Shown: positions 29,378-37,639 of the stretch, one piece after another | How positions within the stretch are numbered: position 1 is the stretch's first letter | How the letters are laid out: each line of letters begins with the position of its first letter | Virus record (IMG/VR): IMGVR_UViG_3300045988_167063 | Direction: 5' to 3' (one strand) | DNA length: 64,000 nt | DNA from: a virus | The notes under the pieces: model-generated | The model's input: the letters and a program-made list of their open reading frames with translations, nothing else | Told to the model about the DNA's origin: nothing | The model's database searches: none | Program-made: the position numbers and the translations under genes

Positions 29378-29516
29378 TGAAACTTTAGAACTTACACTTG
29401 ACGAAGTGGAATATATAATTGCGTTCATTCGCAGTCACGAATGGAATGACATACCTGAAACATTAAAAAGTAAAATTTTACCGAAGTTAGAAAATTTCTG
29501 TGATGAATGTTATTAA
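29370..29516 (+). CDS. small acidic hypothetical protein (48 aa)
   Basis: Hand-translated; the ATG overlaps the upstream stop. Confidence 0.45.
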   Translation: MIDETLELTLDEVEYIIAFIRSHEWNDIPETLKSKILPKLENFCDECY

Positions 29517-29536
29517 TCAAAGGAGTTGAATGAAAA

Positions 29537-29851
29537 ATGAAAGAAAATTTAATGTTGTTTTTTACTTTCTTTGGAATAATATCTTCAGTTATAGTATTAG
29601 TAACTATCATAATGTTTATTATAATGGCGGCATATTATTTTATCACAGAAAAAATTGAAGAATTGAAATATGATTATAAAGCCAAGCATCGTTTCGATAA
29701 ACCACCATTAGCTAATTGTTATTGCATAGATTGCAAGTCTTACAATCGTGAAAATGAGAGATGTTATAGGCTTAACCGAAGCACAGCAGATAATTGGTTT
29801 TGTAGTTGGGCAGAAAGGAAACGAGTAGAAAATGAGCAAGAAAAAGCGTAA
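29537..29851 (+). CDS. membrane-anchored Cys-rich hypothetical protein
   Basis: ORF track; TM segment FFTFFGIISSVIVLVTIIMFIIMAAYYFI. Confidence 0.65.
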   Translation: MKENLMLFFTFFGIISSVIVLVTIIMFIIMAAYYFITEKIEELKYDYKAKHRFDKPPLANCYCIDCKSYNRENERCYRLNRSTADNWFCSWAERKRVENEQEKA

Positions 29852-30050
29852 GTTTAGGGTTATGACTCTTGATGAATATTGTACTTATAGAAAAACGGGG
29901 TGTAATGGCTGTGAGTATCGCCAAAGTTTAACTTATTATGATTATTACTGTGATTATTCAAACTTTAATAAAGTAAATCGAGAGCGTGACAAAAGTAAGC
30001 CTTACAAAACAAAAGACGGCAAATACATATTGATTGAGGTAAAAGAATAA
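29832..30050 (+). CDS. hypothetical 72-aa protein
   Basis: ORF track. Confidence 0.6.
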   Translation: MSKKKRKFRVMTLDEYCTYRKTGCNGCEYRQSLTYYDYYCDYSNFNKVNRERDKSKPYKTKDGKYILIEVKE

Positions 30051-30316
30051 TGACAGAAAGTAATGTATTTTTAAAATTTGGTGCATTGAGTAACGATTTT
30101 AATACTCAATTCAAACAGCAAGGTTATGAATTGAAAAACAAAAAAATACCTATCCAATTCACCAATATGGTTACAGTTGTCCGTTGTAAAAATTGTAAAC
30201 ATTATATCACAAACACAGAATTATTAGGCAATGTATGCAATCGCTTGTTTACAGTATTTCCAATGAAACCCAACGATTTTTGCAGTTATGGAGAACGGAA
30301 AGGAGAGCAAAAATGA
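30050..30316 (+). CDS. hypothetical 88-aa protein (CxxC)
   Basis: ORF track; TAATG-coupled to its neighbour. Confidence 0.6.
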   Translation: MTESNVFLKFGALSNDFNTQFKQQGYELKNKKIPIQFTNMVTVVRCKNCKHYITNTELLGNVCNRLFTVFPMKPNDFCSYGERKGEQK

Positions 30317-30801
30317 GAGAGATTTTATTTAGAGCAACGGATTTGTCAGGTGTTAACAATCGCTCTTGGGTTTTTGGCAGTTTAGATACAACTGAAAATG
30401 AATATACAATAATGATTTACCCCGACAGATTTGGTAACAAGTGTAGAATTTTTGTTGACCCTAAAACAGTAGGGCAATACACAGGACTGATTGATAAAAA
30501 CGGCAAAAAGATATTTGAGGGTGATATTGTTCAGTATTTAACTTATGATGAATTTGATTGTCAATCTGTCGTTAAATTTGGCAAATACAAACAAGACGGT
30601 AGTGAAGGTGAATATAAAGCGAGTGACTGTTTAGGATTTTATGTTGAAGTAGATAATTTTACTTGCCCCGATTGGTGTGATAACGAACCTGAAAAATTTC
30701 ACGATTACTTGGAACAGCAAAGTTTAGCAGAGATAGCGAGTCGATGCGAAGTTATTGGCAATATACACGATAACCCCGAATTGTTGGAGGTAAAAGAATG
30801 A
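30313..30801 (+). CDS. YopX-family protein, paralog 1
   Basis: MREILFRA.., GQYTGLIDKNGKKIFEGDIV, and the terminal IGNIHDNPELLE signature of the YopX family. Start is at an ATGA overlap. Confidence 0.75.
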   Translation: MREILFRATDLSGVNNRSWVFGSLDTTENEYTIMIYPDRFGNKCRIFVDPKTVGQYTGLIDKNGKKIFEGDIVQYLTYDEFDCQSVVKFGKYKQDGSEGEYKASDCLGFYVEVDNFTCPDWCDNEPEKFHDYLEQQSLAEIASRCEVIGNIHDNPELLEVKE

Positions 30802-31001
30802 ATAATTTTGAAGATATTAAAAATAAAAACATTCAAGAAATGGCTGAATGGATAGAGGAAATATTTTCAAGTAACCCCTGTTATTGTTGTGTAAAAAAAG
30901 ATATTGATAAATGTCATTATTATGAAAAAAATTATTATGATAGAATAGAACTTTGTGTCGAAAATAGAAAATTGTGGCTTGAAAGTGAGGTAGAGGAATA
31001 A
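30798..31001 (+). CDS. small Cys-rich protein, paralog of 59719..59898
   Basis: M.NFE.IKN...EMA....C..C......W.ESEVEE is shared by both copies. Confidence 0.6.
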   Translation: MNNFEDIKNKNIQEMAEWIEEIFSSNPCYCCVKKDIDKCHYYEKNYYDRIELCVENRKLWLESEVEE

Positions 31002-31264
31002 TGGCAGGAATTATAGCAAAGCAACCTAATGGCTTATATTGTAGAATTTCAACCATAATTGACGCACCTACACATTCCAATATGACAAAACAAGATTATA
31101 TTGATATGTGTGTTGAAAAAGCAAAAGAAGAAGCTGAAAGTGTACTTGAAAATTATTGTTATGATTTTGATAGAGCATTAACATATATCAATTATGGGGA
31201 TAATACAAATATGACAAATGAAGAATATGAACAATTTATTAAATATTGTAATACAAAACCTTAA
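31001..31264 (+). CDS. hypothetical 87-aa protein
   Basis: ORF track. Confidence 0.6.
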   Translation: MAGIIAKQPNGLYCRISTIIDAPTHSNMTKQDYIDMCVEKAKEEAESVLENYCYDFDRALTYINYGDNTNMTNEEYEQFIKYCNTKP

Positions 31265-31278
31265 GGGAGTGATTAAAT

Positions 31279-31617
31279 TTGGATAGAAGAATTATCGCCG
31301 TTGATTTTGACGGCACATTATGTGAAAGCAATTATCCTTATTGTGGCAAACCTATTATGCCTGTTATCAGAGCTATTACCGAAGAAAAGAAAAAAGGGTC
31401 AATTATTATTCTTTACACTATGAGAGAAGGCAAGGAACTTGATTTGGCTTTAAAATGGTGTAAATGTTATGGCATTGAATTTGATGCCGTAAATGAAAAT
31501 TGTCAATGGGCAAAAGAATACTTCAATAACCCACGAAAAATATTTTATACTGAATTATGGGATGATAGGGCATTTAATGTTGACGATATTATTAGACTAT
31601 ATAATCAATTTTGTTAA
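31279..31617 (+). CDS. small HAD-like phosphatase/nucleotidase (putative)
   Basis: IAVDFDGTL is HAD motif I (DxDGT). TTG start. Confidence 0.45.
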   Translation: MDRRIIAVDFDGTLCESNYPYCGKPIMPVIRAITEEKKKGSIIILYTMREGKELDLALKWCKCYGIEFDAVNENCQWAKEYFNNPRKIFYTELWDDRAFNVDDIIRLYNQFC

Positions 31618-31772
31618 TGAATATGAATTATGAATATAGAATTTATGAAGTTAGTTCACAATACAGGCAAGGAAAAGTATTAAAAGATTATAAAAATTAC
31701 AATAATGCTATTGCTCATATGAAAAAATCAATTTTTAAATTTATAAAAGAAATAAAAATAATAAAGGAATAA
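31617..31772 (+). CDS. small hypothetical protein (51 aa)
   Basis: Hand-translated; TAATG overlap with the upstream gene. Confidence 0.4.
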   Translation: MNMNYEYRIYEVSSQYRQGKVLKDYKNYNNAIAHMKKSIFKFIKEIKIIKE

Positions 31773-31777
31773 AATAA

Positions 31778-31942
31778 ATGTTATTTAAAATAATAATTTC
31801 AGTTATGATTTGGTGTTTTGTGTTGAATTTGCCTCTTATATATGAACCAGCAGATATAACACCTAAACAATTTCGTATTTTTTGTTGGTATGAATTTATT
31901 GTTTTAATTGTTGGAACAATTATTATATTTAATTTAAAATAA
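31778..31942 (+). CDS. small two-TM membrane protein (54 aa)
   Basis: Hand-translated MLFKIIISVMIWCFVLNL...EFIVLIVGTIIIFNLK. Confidence 0.4.
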   Translation: MLFKIIISVMIWCFVLNLPLIYEPADITPKQFRIFCWYEFIVLIVGTIIIFNLK

Positions 31943-31945
31943 CTC

Positions 31946-31974
31946 TTGACAAATTGATATTTTTATGGTATAAT
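31946..31974 (+). promoter_or_regulatory. sigma-A-type promoter
   Basis: TTGACA-17-TGgTATAAT. Confidence 0.8.
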
Positions 31975-32311
31975 AAGGGAGAAATCTCGAAAAGGTGTAT
32001 TATTAAGCAAATAAAAATCTCGATTTGGTGATAATACGCATAATTAGATTTACTAAAATAACCAATAAAACGCAAAATAATGTTTAAAAATATGAACGGA
32101 ATTAAGAATTATGTTTGTATTTTTAAACATAAAAAGATTGGACTAAAGATGATTGGGATAGAGAAGTAGCAAAATTTAAGGCACAAGGATGTGAATTATT
32201 TTGATTGTAGAAAAGCAAATATTATTTAAAAATGGAAACAAAATCAATTTAATTGAACCTAAAGAAAGTTATCGTGGAAAAAATCATTTTAAAACAAGAA
32301 AGGAAAAATCA

Positions 32312-33337
32312 ATGATATATTTTGACAACGCAGCGACAACACCACTTTCGGAAAATGTCAAAAATGATATAAAAAATAACCTTGATAATTTTGGCAATCC
32401 GAGTTCTATATACTCAATCGGTTTTAAATCAAAAGAAATTATTGAAAATGCAAGAAAAAAAGTTGCCGAATGTATAAATTGCAAGCCGACAGAAGTTTTT
32501 TTTACAAGTGGTGCTTCTGAAAGTAATACTTGGGCATTGCAAGACTTATTTTGGTGTAACCCATTTGAACACCATAGTATTTTAAATAACCCAAACAAAG
32601 TTTATAAAACAAGAGATGCTTATATTATTACTTGTATGCTTGTAAACAATGAATTAGGAATTGATTTTACTGATTATCTTGCAGAATTAAGACAAAATTC
32701 CTCAAAACAAATTCATTGTGATGCTACTCAAGCAATCGGCACACTTGATGTTGATGTTCAAAAATTAGGTGTTGATACAATGTCATTTAGTGGGCATAAA
32801 TTTCACGCTCCTAAAGGAACAGGAGTATTATATATAAAAGAGGGAATTGAATTGCCTCGAACAATTTATGGTGGAAAGCAAGAAAGTGGCTTGAGAGGTG
32901 GCACAGAGAATATTTTAGGCATTTCTGCTCTTGGTGTTGCTATTCAAGACGCTTATAATAACCTTGAAAAGAAAAATCAACATTGTGAACATCTTAAAAA
33001 TGTTTTTCTTAATAAATTAAAGCATTATTGGAGTTTAGATTATGAAATAAATGCTACTAAATATGATACTGTGCCAAATATTATAAGTTTTTCGCTAAAA
33101 GATATTGAAAGTGAGCCTATTTTGACTCAACTTGACCTTGAAAATATTTATGTTTCAAGTGGTTCAGCTTGTAATACAGGCACTCTTGAACCGAGCGAAA
33201 CGCTAAAATGGTATGGTATTCCTGAAGATTACATAAATGGAACAATTAGGGTTTCATTCGATTTAGAAAATACTGAAGAAGAAATTGATATTTTCTTACA
33301 TAAATTAGCAGAAATTGTAAAGAGGGTAAAAAATTGA
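32312..33337 (+). CDS. cysteine desulfurase (NifS/IscS-like class V aminotransferase)
   Basis: IYFDNAATTPL, SFSGHKFHAPKGTGVLY (PLP lysine) and SSGSACN (active-site Cys). ATG 32312 after AAAGGA is preferred over the track start at 32201. Confidence 0.8.
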   Translation: MIYFDNAATTPLSENVKNDIKNNLDNFGNPSSIYSIGFKSKEIIENARKKVAECINCKPTEVFFTSGASESNTWALQDLFWCNPFEHHSILNNPNKVYKTRDAYIITCMLVNNELGIDFTDYLAELRQNSSKQIHCDATQAIGTLDVDVQKLGVDTMSFSGHKFHAPKGTGVLYIKEGIELPRTIYGGKQESGLRGGTENILGISALGVAIQDAYNNLEKKNQHCEHLKNVFLNKLKHYWSLDYEINATKYDTVPNIISFSLKDIESEPILTQLDLENIYVSSGSACNTGTLEPSETLKWYGIPEDYINGTIRVSFDLENTEEEIDIFLHKLAEIVKRVKN

Positions 33338-33612
33338 AGTTTGTAAGACCGAGTTTATTAAAATTTGAATTTACATACAAAGATATATATGATGAACTAC
33401 ATAAAAGAGTTTTTGAGTCAAAAGATTATGAAAATTCGACAAATAGTTTGCTAAATATTCATAAAGACATTGATGACTTTATTGATACATTAAAAAGTTA
33501 TAGTCCTAAAGATGTAATTATGAATTTTAATGGTGAATATACTGTGGGGTTAGAGGATATTGAAATTGATTTAGGAATTATTTTTAATGCTATTTCGCCA
33601 AAAAATTCATAA
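33334..33612 (+). CDS. hypothetical 92-aa protein
   Basis: ORF track; 4-nt overlap with the desulfurase gene. Confidence 0.6.
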   Translation: MKFVRPSLLKFEFTYKDIYDELHKRVFESKDYENSTNSLLNIHKDIDDFIDTLKSYSPKDVIMNFNGEYTVGLEDIEIDLGIIFNAISPKNS

Positions 33613-33718
33613 AAGGAGTCAAGATAATGCTTTATTTTATGGTACTAATTACAATAGTCATAATATTTATTATTTCTGCTTATTCTAACCCACGAATAAA
33701 CCATTAAAGGAGTTAAAT

Positions 33719-33982
33719 ATGATTAAATATGATAATATTGAATATTTTGATGAGCCGATATATAAAAATTTGACCGAAATTCAACAAGGTGATGTAATTT
33801 ATACTGAATTTGGTGATTATGGCAATTATATTCAAGCAATTTTTGATGATTTTGAAAAGACAAAACCTAATATATCAAAGATTTCTTTTCATTATCCAGA
33901 CGGAAGATTTGATGAAATGTATGGATTTTTAAATATCGACACGACAGAATATAAAATTATAGGAAAGGAAATACAAAAATGA
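33719..33982 (+). CDS. hypothetical 87-aa protein
   Basis: ORF track; AAGGAG upstream. Confidence 0.6.
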   Translation: MIKYDNIEYFDEPIYKNLTEIQQGDVIYTEFGDYGNYIQAIFDDFEKTKPNISKISFHYPDGRFDEMYGFLNIDTTEYKIIGKEIQK

Positions 33983-34185
33983 CAGAAAAAGTCTATGAAA
34001 ATACTGATTATACAACAATAAATCAATATCTTGAAGTAACAATTGGTACAATTTGTGATAAAATTGAGGACACTATTATTCAAATGACCTGCACCGACCA
34101 TAAGAGGCAACGAGAAAAATTAAAGGATATTTGCCAATGCTATATTGATGACATTTATACAATTATAGGAATGAAAGAACAATAA
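33979..34185 (+). CDS. hypothetical 68-aa protein
   Basis: ORF track; ATGA-coupled. Confidence 0.55.
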   Translation: MTEKVYENTDYTTINQYLEVTIGTICDKIEDTIIQMTCTDHKRQREKLKDICQCYIDDIYTIIGMKEQ

Positions 34186-34388
34186 TGAAATTATATTTTA
34201 GAGACTCAAACAGTAAAGAACTTAAATTTGTAAGAGAGGTAGACTCTCAACAAGAAGTTTTTTACGAAATTAGAAAATATGCCAAAGAAAATAACATTGA
34301 TGTCTACTACATAAGAACTTTTGGCACTGATAAAGTGACAACTTATGATTTTGGTAGTCATTTAGACTTTTTTGAGTTACATAAATGA
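34185..34388 (+). CDS. hypothetical 67-aa protein
   Basis: ORF track; TAATG-coupled. Confidence 0.55.
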   Translation: MKLYFRDSNSKELKFVREVDSQQEVFYEIRKYAKENNIDVYYIRTFGTDKVTTYDFGSHLDFFELHK

Positions 34389-34467
34389 AAATGATAAATT
34401 TTATAAAATCAATAATTAAATTCATAAAAGACCCTATGTGGTTATTTTAAAACAAAGAGGTGATTAA

Positions 34468-34989
34468 ATGGAAACAGTTAAATTTGCAAAAGTTAAAGAA
34501 AACGCAATTATTCCTACAAAAACCAATGAAAATATGGGATATGATATTTATGCTTGTTTTGACGAGGACTATATTGAAATTCGCCCACACGAAACAAAGC
34601 TAATTCCGACAGGTATTGCAAGTTGTTGTAGTGATGAATATGGATTTATTATTAAAGAGCGTGGTTCAACAGGTTCTCAAGGCATTGCTGTTCGCTGTGG
34701 TGTCATTGATAGCGGTTTTAGAGGGGAATGGTTTATTGCTCTTACAAATACTACAGCAGAAACAATGAGAATTACTAAAAAGGTCAATAAAGTGCAACAA
34801 GGTGTTGCATATAGTGGTAAAGAGGAAAAATATTATCTTGGAACTAATAAAAATGTAGACTTCGTTCAAAATGACCCATTTGTTTATGGTGAAACTTTAA
34901 AACTTTATCCATATAATAAAGCTATCGCCCAAGCTATTCTTGTGCCTGTGCCAAAGGTTAAGGTTGAAGAAGTCACCTATATGAATTAA
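34468..34989 (+). CDS. dut: dUTPase (trimeric type). C-terminal motif V is out of frame (see findings)
   Basis: GYDIYA, ERGSTGSQG and GVIDSGFRGEW motifs. The frame stops before motif V, which is encoded in the -1 frame at 34968-35042. Confidence 0.8.
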   Translation: METVKFAKVKENAIIPTKTNENMGYDIYACFDEDYIEIRPHETKLIPTGIASCCSDEYGFIIKERGSTGSQGIAVRCGVIDSGFRGEWFIALTNTTAETMRITKKVNKVQQGVAYSGKEEKYYLGTNKNVDFVQNDPFVYGETLKLYPYNKAIAQAILVPVPKVKVEEVTYMN

Positions 34990-35041
34990 AATCAATTAAA
35001 TCAGACAGAATGAACGGTCAATTAGGGAGTAGTGGAAAATA

Positions 35042-35230
35042 ATGAAAATTTCAACTAAAATGTTAATTGCTACAATCATATCGGCAATATTATCTATTAC
35101 TTTTTGTACAATTAGAGCATTAGTACCTGTTCTCGAAAATGGTTTTGTGCCATTAGCGATAATGAGTTTAGCAGTCTTTTTTGTATCTTTTTTTGCTTGG
35201 ATATTTGAAACTTGTTATCCTCTTAATTAA
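35042..35230 (+). CDS. small two-TM membrane protein
   Basis: ORF track. Confidence 0.6.
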   Translation: MKISTKMLIATIISAILSITFCTIRALVPVLENGFVPLAIMSLAVFFVSFFAWIFETCYPLN

Positions 35231-35235
35231 AATAG

Positions 35236-35715
35236 ATGGCAACAATGAAAAATAAATATAAAATAAATAAACTCAAAAGAGATTTATCCTATTGCAAACA
35301 CGGAAGTTTAAAATATAGGCTTAAATATTTCTTTAAAGCCTTTAAAAATGCCTTTCATCGCTTTATTTACGGCTATGATGACCGAGATTGGTATGATTAC
35401 TATTATAGCTTTATAGAACGCAATATGGCTTTATTTCAAGAACTTGTTAATAATGTTGAGTTGACAAAAACAAACGAAAAATATTGTTGTGGTTGTTTGC
35501 CCATAATTATTAACGGTAAAAGAATAGGTGATATGACTGTCGAGCAAACACAGGAATTTTATACCGAACTTATCAAACTATTAAAAGACATTGATAAATT
35601 TGAAAATTCAGACTTTGGTGATAAAAATTATATTGAAAAATATAAAAAAGCAAAAGAAAGCCTTAACGCTTATTTTGACATTATGAAAGAATATTTTTGG
35701 GAGTTATGGGATTGA
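35236..35715 (+). CDS. hypothetical 159-aa protein
   Basis: ORF track. Confidence 0.65.
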   Translation: MATMKNKYKINKLKRDLSYCKHGSLKYRLKYFFKAFKNAFHRFIYGYDDRDWYDYYYSFIERNMALFQELVNNVELTKTNEKYCCGCLPIIINGKRIGDMTVEQTQEFYTELIKLLKDIDKFENSDFGDKNYIEKYKKAKESLNAYFDIMKEYFWELWD

Positions 35716-35933
35716 TGATAGATGATGAAACGCTATTAAATATAGCAATTACTGAAACTTATAAAAGATTTGCTATGCGAGGAAGTTCTAAAAGTCTTGT
35801 AACTCCAACATTATATGCATTAAAATTATATAGTTGGTTAAAGACGGAAAATCAACTAAACAAATATAATTTTAATTTACCCAAAGAACGAATAGCAATG
35901 AATTTAAGGAGGAATAGTTTTGATAGATTATAA
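35715..35933 (+). CDS. hypothetical 72-aa protein
   Basis: ATG at a TGATG overlap, after GGGAG, is preferred to the track start at 35697. Confidence 0.55.
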   Translation: MIDDETLLNIAITETYKRFAMRGSSKSLVTPTLYALKLYSWLKTENQLNKYNFNLPKERIAMNLRRNSFDRL

Positions 35934-36321
35934 AAGATATGTTATTTTATTAGGCTTTGACAATACAATAAAAAGTTCTAAGGAGGTCTTTCCTTTTCTT
36001 ATGAGTGGCACTGACCTTAATAATGCCCTTCGTCACTTTTTAGACCTTGAATGTGGTATTCCTTTCCACAAAACAGATAATCTTACCACATATGAACTTA
36101 TTTCTAAAATTCCACAAATGGTATTGAGTATTTATGAATTAAAACTCGACAATATGATTTATTTTGGAGATAATAAAGAAGAGCTTACAAATAAAGATGA
36201 GACTAAATCTATAAAAGATGTTAAACCCACACCTGTTTTAAAACAATATAAACACGGGAAGATTGTGGTTTCATCATTAGAATTAAAAGATGAGAACGGA
36301 AATACTATATTGAATTTATGA
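35920..36321 (+). CDS. hypothetical 133-aa protein
   Basis: AGGAGG, 7 nt, then TTG. Confidence 0.65.
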   Translation: MIDYKRYVILLGFDNTIKSSKEVFPFLMSGTDLNNALRHFLDLECGIPFHKTDNLTTYELISKIPQMVLSIYELKLDNMIYFGDNKEELTNKDETKSIKDVKPTPVLKQYKHGKIVVSSLELKDENGNTILNL

Positions 36322-36502
36322 AAATAATAATCAAACCTAAAGCAAAGGTGAAAGACAAAAGACTTATTTGCCCCTTTTGTGGAGAAGATAAGCCTTTTAT
36401 CCGCTACATAAAGAAAGGCATATTAAATCGTGTATAGGTTTTATTGACACAAATGAAAGTGTTTATAAGTGCAATACCTGTGGAACACAATGGACTAATT
36501 AA
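36318..36502 (+). pseudogene. small zinc-ribbon protein interrupted by a -1 frameshift
   Basis: CPFCG lies in frame A, which stops at TAG 36435-36437. The partner CNTCG lies in the -1 frame ending at 36502. The frames overlap around ATAAAGAAAGG. Confidence 0.45.
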
Positions 36503-36514
36503 AAAGGTGAACTT

Positions 36515-36898
36515 ATGAAAATTTATTTAAGATATAAACTATTACTTATTAAAGAATGGTTTGAAAATACTATAAAGAAAAAATATCTTGATAGTAGAAA
36601 ATATAAATTATTTAAAAAGAAATATAAAAATGAATTAAATGCTTTGAGTAAGAATGTACTATCAATAGCCTCATCTTCTGACTCTAAACTCATTAAAATT
36701 CCTTGTTATACTTTTCTTAATAACTGCAATCTTATTACTCACTCTAATATTTGTGTTTCTGACCAAGACTTTCAAGACTTTATCGAAATGATTTTATCTA
36801 AACATTTTAAACATATATTATTATGTAAATGCTTTATTTGTCACGATGGAGATATTTATGATAACAAAAATTTAACACTCGTAATGAGATTGAAATAA
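36515..36898 (+). CDS. hypothetical 127-aa protein
   Basis: ORF track; followed by a strong terminator. Confidence 0.65.
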   Translation: MKIYLRYKLLLIKEWFENTIKKKYLDSRKYKLFKKKYKNELNALSKNVLSIASSSDSKLIKIPCYTFLNNCNLITHSNICVSDQDFQDFIEMILSKHFKHILLCKCFICHDGDIYDNKNLTLVMRLK

Positions 36899-36900
36899 TT

Positions 36901-36931
36901 ATAAGTGCCTTTGTTGGCACTTATTTTTTTA
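36901..36931 (+). terminator. rho-independent terminator
   Basis: ATAAGTGCC-tttgtt-GGCACTTAT followed by T7. Confidence 0.85.
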
Positions 36932-36993
36932 TTTTATAGATAGTTCAACTTTGAACAGCACTCAATTACATATAATTTCCACCTTTGACCTCC

Positions 36994-37074
36994 GTACCTA
37001 TCGTTGAAAAAACATACTCAAATAACATAAATTCAACGCTACTTTCAGTTTTTGATACCAAACCTTGTCTATAT
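36994..37074 (-). repeat. ~84-nt repeat element, copy B (inverted relative to copy A); left arm of the large palindrome
   Basis: Its reverse complement reads ATATAGACAAGG..TTTTTTCAACGATAGGTAC, matching 27305-27388. Confidence 0.7.
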
Positions 37075-37116
37075 TATATATATTATATAATTTAATCCTG
37101 CCACCAGTATGACACG

Positions 37117-37182
37117 CTTTGGTATCAAATCCGAAAACTAAAGCTAAATTTTCATTATCTGAAACAAATTTTCAACGATAGC
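37117..37182 (+). repeat. repeat element, copy C; right arm of the large palindrome
   Basis: TTTGGTATCAAA (37118-37129) and TTTTCAACGATA (37169-37180) mirror 37051-37062 and 36999-37010, around a centre near 37090. Confidence 0.7.
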
Positions 37183-37311
37183 AAGTCCTTAATATAAGGG
37201 GTAATTACTTTTTAGGAGTGGCTAAATATAGTAAAAAATCGGAAAAATGAAAGAAAATGTTGAAAATAATGGAAATTGGGAATAGAGTTGCGAGTGTTGA
37301 ATAGCCGAGCG

Positions 37312-37328
37312 TGTGAATAAAAATCACA
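37312..37328. promoter_or_regulatory. TGTGA-N7-TCACA inverted-repeat operator candidate (site 1 of 4)
   Basis: tgtgaataaaaatcaca. Confidence 0.5.
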
Positions 37329-37639
37329 AGGGGTTGTGAATTTGAGAAACACCCCCGTTAATAGACACTTTTATTATTTTTGTCTATTATCTTTTAAACT
37401 TTCAGCGATTCAAGCGGTAAGCGGTTAAAATCATTTAAAATCTTGTAAAAAAATGATATATAAATAATATTATACAATGTTTTTATAAGCGGTTGAAAAA
37501 ATCAAGCATTTATTAAATTGTATACTTTTTTTTGAAGATTTTTTTGTGTATTTTTAGTATACAGTGCTTTCAGGTAATCGCGTAAAGTCCAAAAAGTGTA
37601 CTATACAATCAACCTATACGAATGCTTATCATTATAGCC

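Noticed and set aside
31975-32311. Known riboswitch or T-box in the cysteine desulfurase leader.
   Set aside because: I could not find the T-box (AGAGA/GGUGGUACC) or SAM-I/S-box core sequences. The region is kept only as an unexplained structured leader.
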